From the NCBI GenBank assembly GCA_963737635.1, contig CAVTTL010000001.1:1440001-1504000 (forward strand): 64,000 nt of DNA, written 5' to 3'. Below are positions 60,250 to 64,000 of this stretch, piece after piece. Position 1 is the stretch's first letter. Each line of letters opens with the position of its first letter. The notes under the pieces were generated by a model. The model ran no database searches. It was not told the origin of the DNA and saw only the letters and a program-made list of their open reading frames with translations. The DNA is from an uncultured Methanoregulaceae archaeon. Its GTDB lineage: Archaea > Halobacteriota > Methanomicrobia > Methanomicrobiales > Methanospirillaceae. Position numbers and translations under genes: made by a program.

Positions 60250-61707
60250 GTGTCCACGGTTGATTCTTCCGTTAATGATGCCACACAGCAGGATCCGGCT
60301 ATCTGCCGCACGCCGGCACTTCCGGTCACCGGCACGGAAAAACGGATCGTTCTCCTGATCGCTATCCTTTCCGGTTTTCTCACACCGTTTGATGGATCGG
60401 CAGTCAATATCGCGCTTCCCACGATCGGCTCCGCATTCCACATGGACGCGATCTCCCTCTCGTGGGTGGCTACTGCATATCTTCTTGCATCCGCATTGTT
60501 CCTTGTCCCGTTCGGGAAGATTGCAGACATCTGGGGAAGGAAAAAGATCTACCTGTGGGGGATCTGCGTCTTTGGCGCGGCGTCGTTTGTGATGACGCTT
60601 GTCGCGACAGAACAGCAGATGATTTTTGTCCGGGTCATTCAAGGGATCGGCGCTGCCATGATATTTGGCACCGCGATTGCCATCCTGACGGCCGTTTTTC
60701 CCCCGGGAGAACGGGGAAAGGCGCTTGGGATCTATATAACCTCGGTGTACCTGGGACTCTCACTGGGGCCTTTCTTCGGGGGCGCCCTGACTGATATCTT
60801 CGGCTGGCGCAGCATCTTCTACATCAACGTGCCCATTGCTATCGTTGCCGCAATCCTCATCCTCTGGAAGCTGCGGGGAGAATGGGCGGAATGCGTGGGC
60901 GAGAAATTCGACATAACCGGTTCGCTCATCTACAGTGTCGCGCTGGTCGCGCTCATGTACGGGTTCTCCGTACTTCCGGATATTTCCGGGGGCGTGTTTG
61001 TGGTTGCCGGCATTGTCCTGATCGGTGTTTTTGTCTGGTTCGAGCAACGCCTTGAATTCCCGGTCCTGAACATGCAGCTCTTCTTTAAGAGCCGGGTCTT
61101 TGCGTTTTCCAATATCGCCGCCCTGATCAACTATTCCGCCACCTATGCGGTCTCGTTCCTGCTCAGTCTCGATCTCCAGTACACCAAGGGATTTTCGGCT
61201 GAATACGCCGGTTTTATCCTCATTGCCGCCCCGTTTTTCCAGATGATCGTATCCCCCTTTGCTGGCAAGCTTTCGGACCGTTACGATTCCCTGATCCTCT
61301 CATCCCTCGGGATGGGACTGACCGCGTTTGGCCTTTTCCTGTTCATCTTCCTCAATGAAACAACACCGCTTTGGTATATCATCGTCGTGCTTGTCATCCT
61401 TGGTGTCGGCTTTGGGCTCTTTTCGTCCCCGAATATCAACGCCATCATGAGTGCCGTGGACAAGAAGTACTACGGTGTTGCATCAGGAATTAACTCAACC
61501 ATGCGGCTGCTGGGGCAGATGCTCTCGATGGGTATTGCCATGATGATCTTTGCCATTGTCATCGGGCAGGTTGAGATTACCCCTGCAAATTACTCACAGT
61601 TCACGCAAAGCCTGCACTGGGCATTTATCCTCTTTACGGTGATGTGCGTGGCCGGGATCTTTGCCTCCCTTGCCCGGGGAAAGAGAAATGAGCAAAAAAG
61701 TGAATGA
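60250..61707 (+). CDS. MFS transporter, DHA2/EmrB-like (14 TM)
   Basis: DGSAVNIALP, GKIADIWGRK and WRSIFYINVP. Confidence 0.9.
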   Translation: MSTVDSSVNDATQQDPAICRTPALPVTGTEKRIVLLIAILSGFLTPFDGSAVNIALPTIGSAFHMDAISLSWVATAYLLASALFLVPFGKIADIWGRKKIYLWGICVFGAASFVMTLVATEQQMIFVRVIQGIGAAMIFGTAIAILTAVFPPGERGKALGIYITSVYLGLSLGPFFGGALTDIFGWRSIFYINVPIAIVAAILILWKLRGEWAECVGEKFDITGSLIYSVALVALMYGFSVLPDISGGVFVVAGIVLIGVFVWFEQRLEFPVLNMQLFFKSRVFAFSNIAALINYSATYAVSFLLSLDLQYTKGFSAEYAGFILIAAPFFQMIVSPFAGKLSDRYDSLILSSLGMGLTAFGLFLFIFLNETTPLWYIIVVLVILGVGFGLFSSPNINAIMSAVDKKYYGVASGINSTMRLLGQMLSMGIAMMIFAIVIGQVEITPANYSQFTQSLHWAFILFTVMCVAGIFASLARGKRNEQKSE

Positions 61708-61804
61708 TTAGAAAGGGAAGATCTCACCTTTCAATCCATATTAGACCTTTCTTAAAGAAATGATGTGAGATTCAAAATGTAATCGCAGAGCGTGGGAGCG
61801 TTAT

Positions 61805-63613
61805 CTATGTTTGGAATGAATCCGGTGGCACAGTCAACTCAAACCGTGCGCCTTTACCCGGTTCTCCGGTCTCCCGGATGGTTATGCCAGTCATGTCAAG
61901 GATTTCCTTTGCCAGGAAAAGTCCCATACCAGTGTTCTTGCCAAATCCTTGATTAAAGATCCGTTCTTTCTGCTCTGCAATGACGCCGTCACCGTCATCT
62001 TCGCAGACGATGACATAATTGCTATTGCCGCGCTCTACGAAGAACCGGATAGTGGTGATCTTCCCGCCGTACCGCACTGCGTTATCCATGAGGTTATAGA
62101 AGACCTTCACGATGAGAGGGTCCGCAAACACCTCCGAGCTGAAAGGAATATCGTTCTTCACCACGATCTGGCCGAGCGAGGCTTGTTGTGCCGCAGTTTC
62201 TACAAGTGTGTGGCAATTTTGCCAGAGTGGGGCTTTGACGCCGATCGATTCGTATTCTTTGGTAAACTGGATCATGGCATTAATGCGCTGAATGGCAGTG
62301 GTAAGCTTCTTGAACTGTTGAATGGCGTGGGGATCCTGCTGCTGTTCTTGGAGCAGCGTAATATATGCATCCAGAATGGTGAGCTGGTTATTGATATCGT
62401 GGCGCGTGATGCCGGAGAGGAGGTTGAGCTTCCTGTTCGCCTTATCGAGTGCATCTCCTGACAGTTTGCGTTCAGAAATATCCTCGATCTGGGCAGCAAA
62501 ATAACGGAGGGTGCCTTTTTCATCGCGGATCGTGCTGATCCGGACCGATCCCCAGCGGATGCTGCCGTCTTTCCTGATATACCGTTTTTCCGTACCGTAT
62601 ACCGGAATCGTTCCTGCTATCAGTTCTTCAATATGCCACCTATCACTGGTAAGATGATCCGGATGCACGATATCGTTAAAAGACATCTTCAGCAGTTCTT
62701 TTTCTGAATAGCCGGTAAAATCTACCCATGCCGGGTTGACCGAAAAAAACCGGAAATCGGGTGTGGCAAGAACCATGCCAAGGGGACTGTTCTCGAATAT
62801 CTTTCGGTACCGTTCTTCGCTCTCATGCAATGCCTCATCAGCCTGTTTTCTTTCAGTAACATCGCGGACGATCCCAATCGCACCGCTGATCATACCATGG
62901 GAATCGTAGTTAGGAGAGTAAATGCTTTTTACCCATCCTTTTTTACCGGTGGACGGAATGAAAAATTCGAAATCGGACGACTCTGTAATAATTCCGGACA
63001 AAGCCTTTTTCATCAACACATCATAGCTCGTCTCTTTAAGGAAGGGAAATACCTCAAGCATGATTCTACCCTGGACCTCTGCTGCTTTCAGGCCAGTGAG
63101 GTCTTCCATGAATGGGTTCCAGAGCGTGATCTGCAGATCCCGGTCATATACGATGATCCCCTCTTTTGCCTCAGCAATAACCGTTTTCAGGATTTCCTGG
63201 GATTCTTCCTTCTGGCCCTCAGCCGTTCGCCGCTTCACCGCCATCCGGATCTTATGGGCAAGCTCGGCAAACTGTGATTTTGTTTCCCCGCCTTTCTGGA
63301 CGTAGGAGTCAGCTCCTTTATCGATCGCAAGGATGACTACCTCCTCTCTTCCCCGGCCGGTGAACAAAATGAAAGGAATCGGTCCAAACCGGTTCCGCAC
63401 TTCGATGAGGAACTGGATGCCGTCCATACCAGGCATCTGGTAATCGGAGATAACGGCATCGAAATGTTCCTTTTCCAGCAGCTGTATCGCTTCTGAAGCG
63501 CTCTGTGCGGTCGTTACCTCAAAATCCCCGGATCTTTCAAGGAATAGTGTGCTGATGTCAAGAAAAGTGGATTCATCATCAACACAGAGAACCCGGATTG
63601 CCCCTGCCATCAT
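61805..63613 (-). CDS. Hybrid sensor histidine kinase (REC-PAS-PAS-HK)
   Basis: VDDE, SDYQMP, two PAS/PAC domains, RHDINNQL, DNAVRYG, DDGDG and GMGL. Confidence 0.92.
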   Translation of the reverse strand: MMAGAIRVLCVDDESTFLDISTLFLERSGDFEVTTAQSASEAIQLLEKEHFDAVISDYQMPGMDGIQFLIEVRNRFGPIPFILFTGRGREEVVILAIDKGADSYVQKGGETKSQFAELAHKIRMAVKRRTAEGQKEESQEILKTVIAEAKEGIIVYDRDLQITLWNPFMEDLTGLKAAEVQGRIMLEVFPFLKETSYDVLMKKALSGIITESSDFEFFIPSTGKKGWVKSIYSPNYDSHGMISGAIGIVRDVTERKQADEALHESEERYRKIFENSPLGMVLATPDFRFFSVNPAWVDFTGYSEKELLKMSFNDIVHPDHLTSDRWHIEELIAGTIPVYGTEKRYIRKDGSIRWGSVRISTIRDEKGTLRYFAAQIEDISERKLSGDALDKANRKLNLLSGITRHDINNQLTILDAYITLLQEQQQDPHAIQQFKKLTTAIQRINAMIQFTKEYESIGVKAPLWQNCHTLVETAAQQASLGQIVVKNDIPFSSEVFADPLIVKVFYNLMDNAVRYGGKITTIRFFVERGNSNYVIVCEDDGDGVIAEQKERIFNQGFGKNTGMGLFLAKEILDMTGITIRETGEPGKGARFELTVPPDSFQT

Positions 63614-64000
63614 ACACTCCCTGCAACTCGCCATGCTCCTTTTGGAACCACCATTTCGAATCGTGCACCTTTACCTGGTTCGCCTGTCTCTCTGATAGTT
63701 ATACCAGTAATTGAGAGGATCTCCCGGGAGAGGTAAAGTCCAAGTCCGGAATTATTTCCAAATCCTTTATCGAAAATCTGCTCTTTCTCCTCAACAGGTA
63801 TACCCTTACCATCGTCCTCGCATATGATCACAGAAGTATCACCGGATTCCTCTGCAGAGAACCGGATAGTGGTGATCTTCCCGCCGTACCGCACGGCGTT
63901 ATCCATCAGGTTGTAAAAAACTTTGACGATGAGAGAACCCGCGAATACTTCCGCTCCGGCAGGAAGATCGTTTTTCACCGCGACGTGGCCGAGCGGAACC
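63610..64000 (-). CDS. Histidine kinase HATPase C-terminus (partial, 5' end outside window)
   Basis: NLMDNAVRYG, DDGKG and GLGL; near-identical DNA to part of the downstream paralog. Confidence 0.88.
   Translation of the reverse strand, partial: VPLGHVAVKNDLPAGAEVFAGSLIVKVFYNLMDNAVRYGGKITTIRFSAEESGDTSVIICEDDGKGIPVEEKEQIFDKGFGNNSGLGLYLSREILSITGITIRETGEPGKGARFEMVVPKGAWRVAGSV

Noticed and set aside
62040-63997. Near-identical DNA segments in two adjacent kinase genes as a mobile repeat
   Set aside because: Explained by paralogous HATPase domains of an expanded sensor-kinase family

Overview
Chromosomal window from a methanogenic archaeon, most likely Methanomicrobiales (Methanoregula-like). 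The basis is gatDE, rpl10e, split guaA, a HPS-RraA fusion, DUF3821/PGF-CTERM-like and PKD surface proteins, and a solo cas1. Most of it is housekeeping: cobT, guaAA, paaK x2, glmM, mobB, the fumAB-korDABC-sucCD operon, argH-gatD-gatE, pyrH, nth, two PiT/DUF47 pairs, pncB, MTA/MTI salvage, sensor kinases and 3 tRNAs. About a dozen genes are split by 1-bp indels, mostly in homopolymers, which most likely reflects long-read assembly error. Three regions stand out. (1) An AT-rich block at about 8-21 kb looks like a terminus/dimer-resolution locus. It carries xerA, a strong 11-6-11 dif candidate 240 bp upstream of xerA, related half-sites over the xerA promoter, and three dispersed copies of an unexplained 28-bp motif tied to a DUF5806-like gene, an excisionase-like HTH gene and the xerA flank. 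It also holds a complete IS5/ISH1-type element. (2) A solo Cas1 with substituted catalytic glutamates and no array converges on an acylphosphatase coupled to a ~1,190-aa helical-repeat protein. (3) A 36.5-49 kb envelope module is built around a beta-helix receptor Ser/Thr kinase and a wHTH-FHA transcription factor, with GT39/GtrA, Gly/Met-rich glycoproteins and a MacB-type ABC system. All calls come from reading the sequence and motifs; no database search was run.
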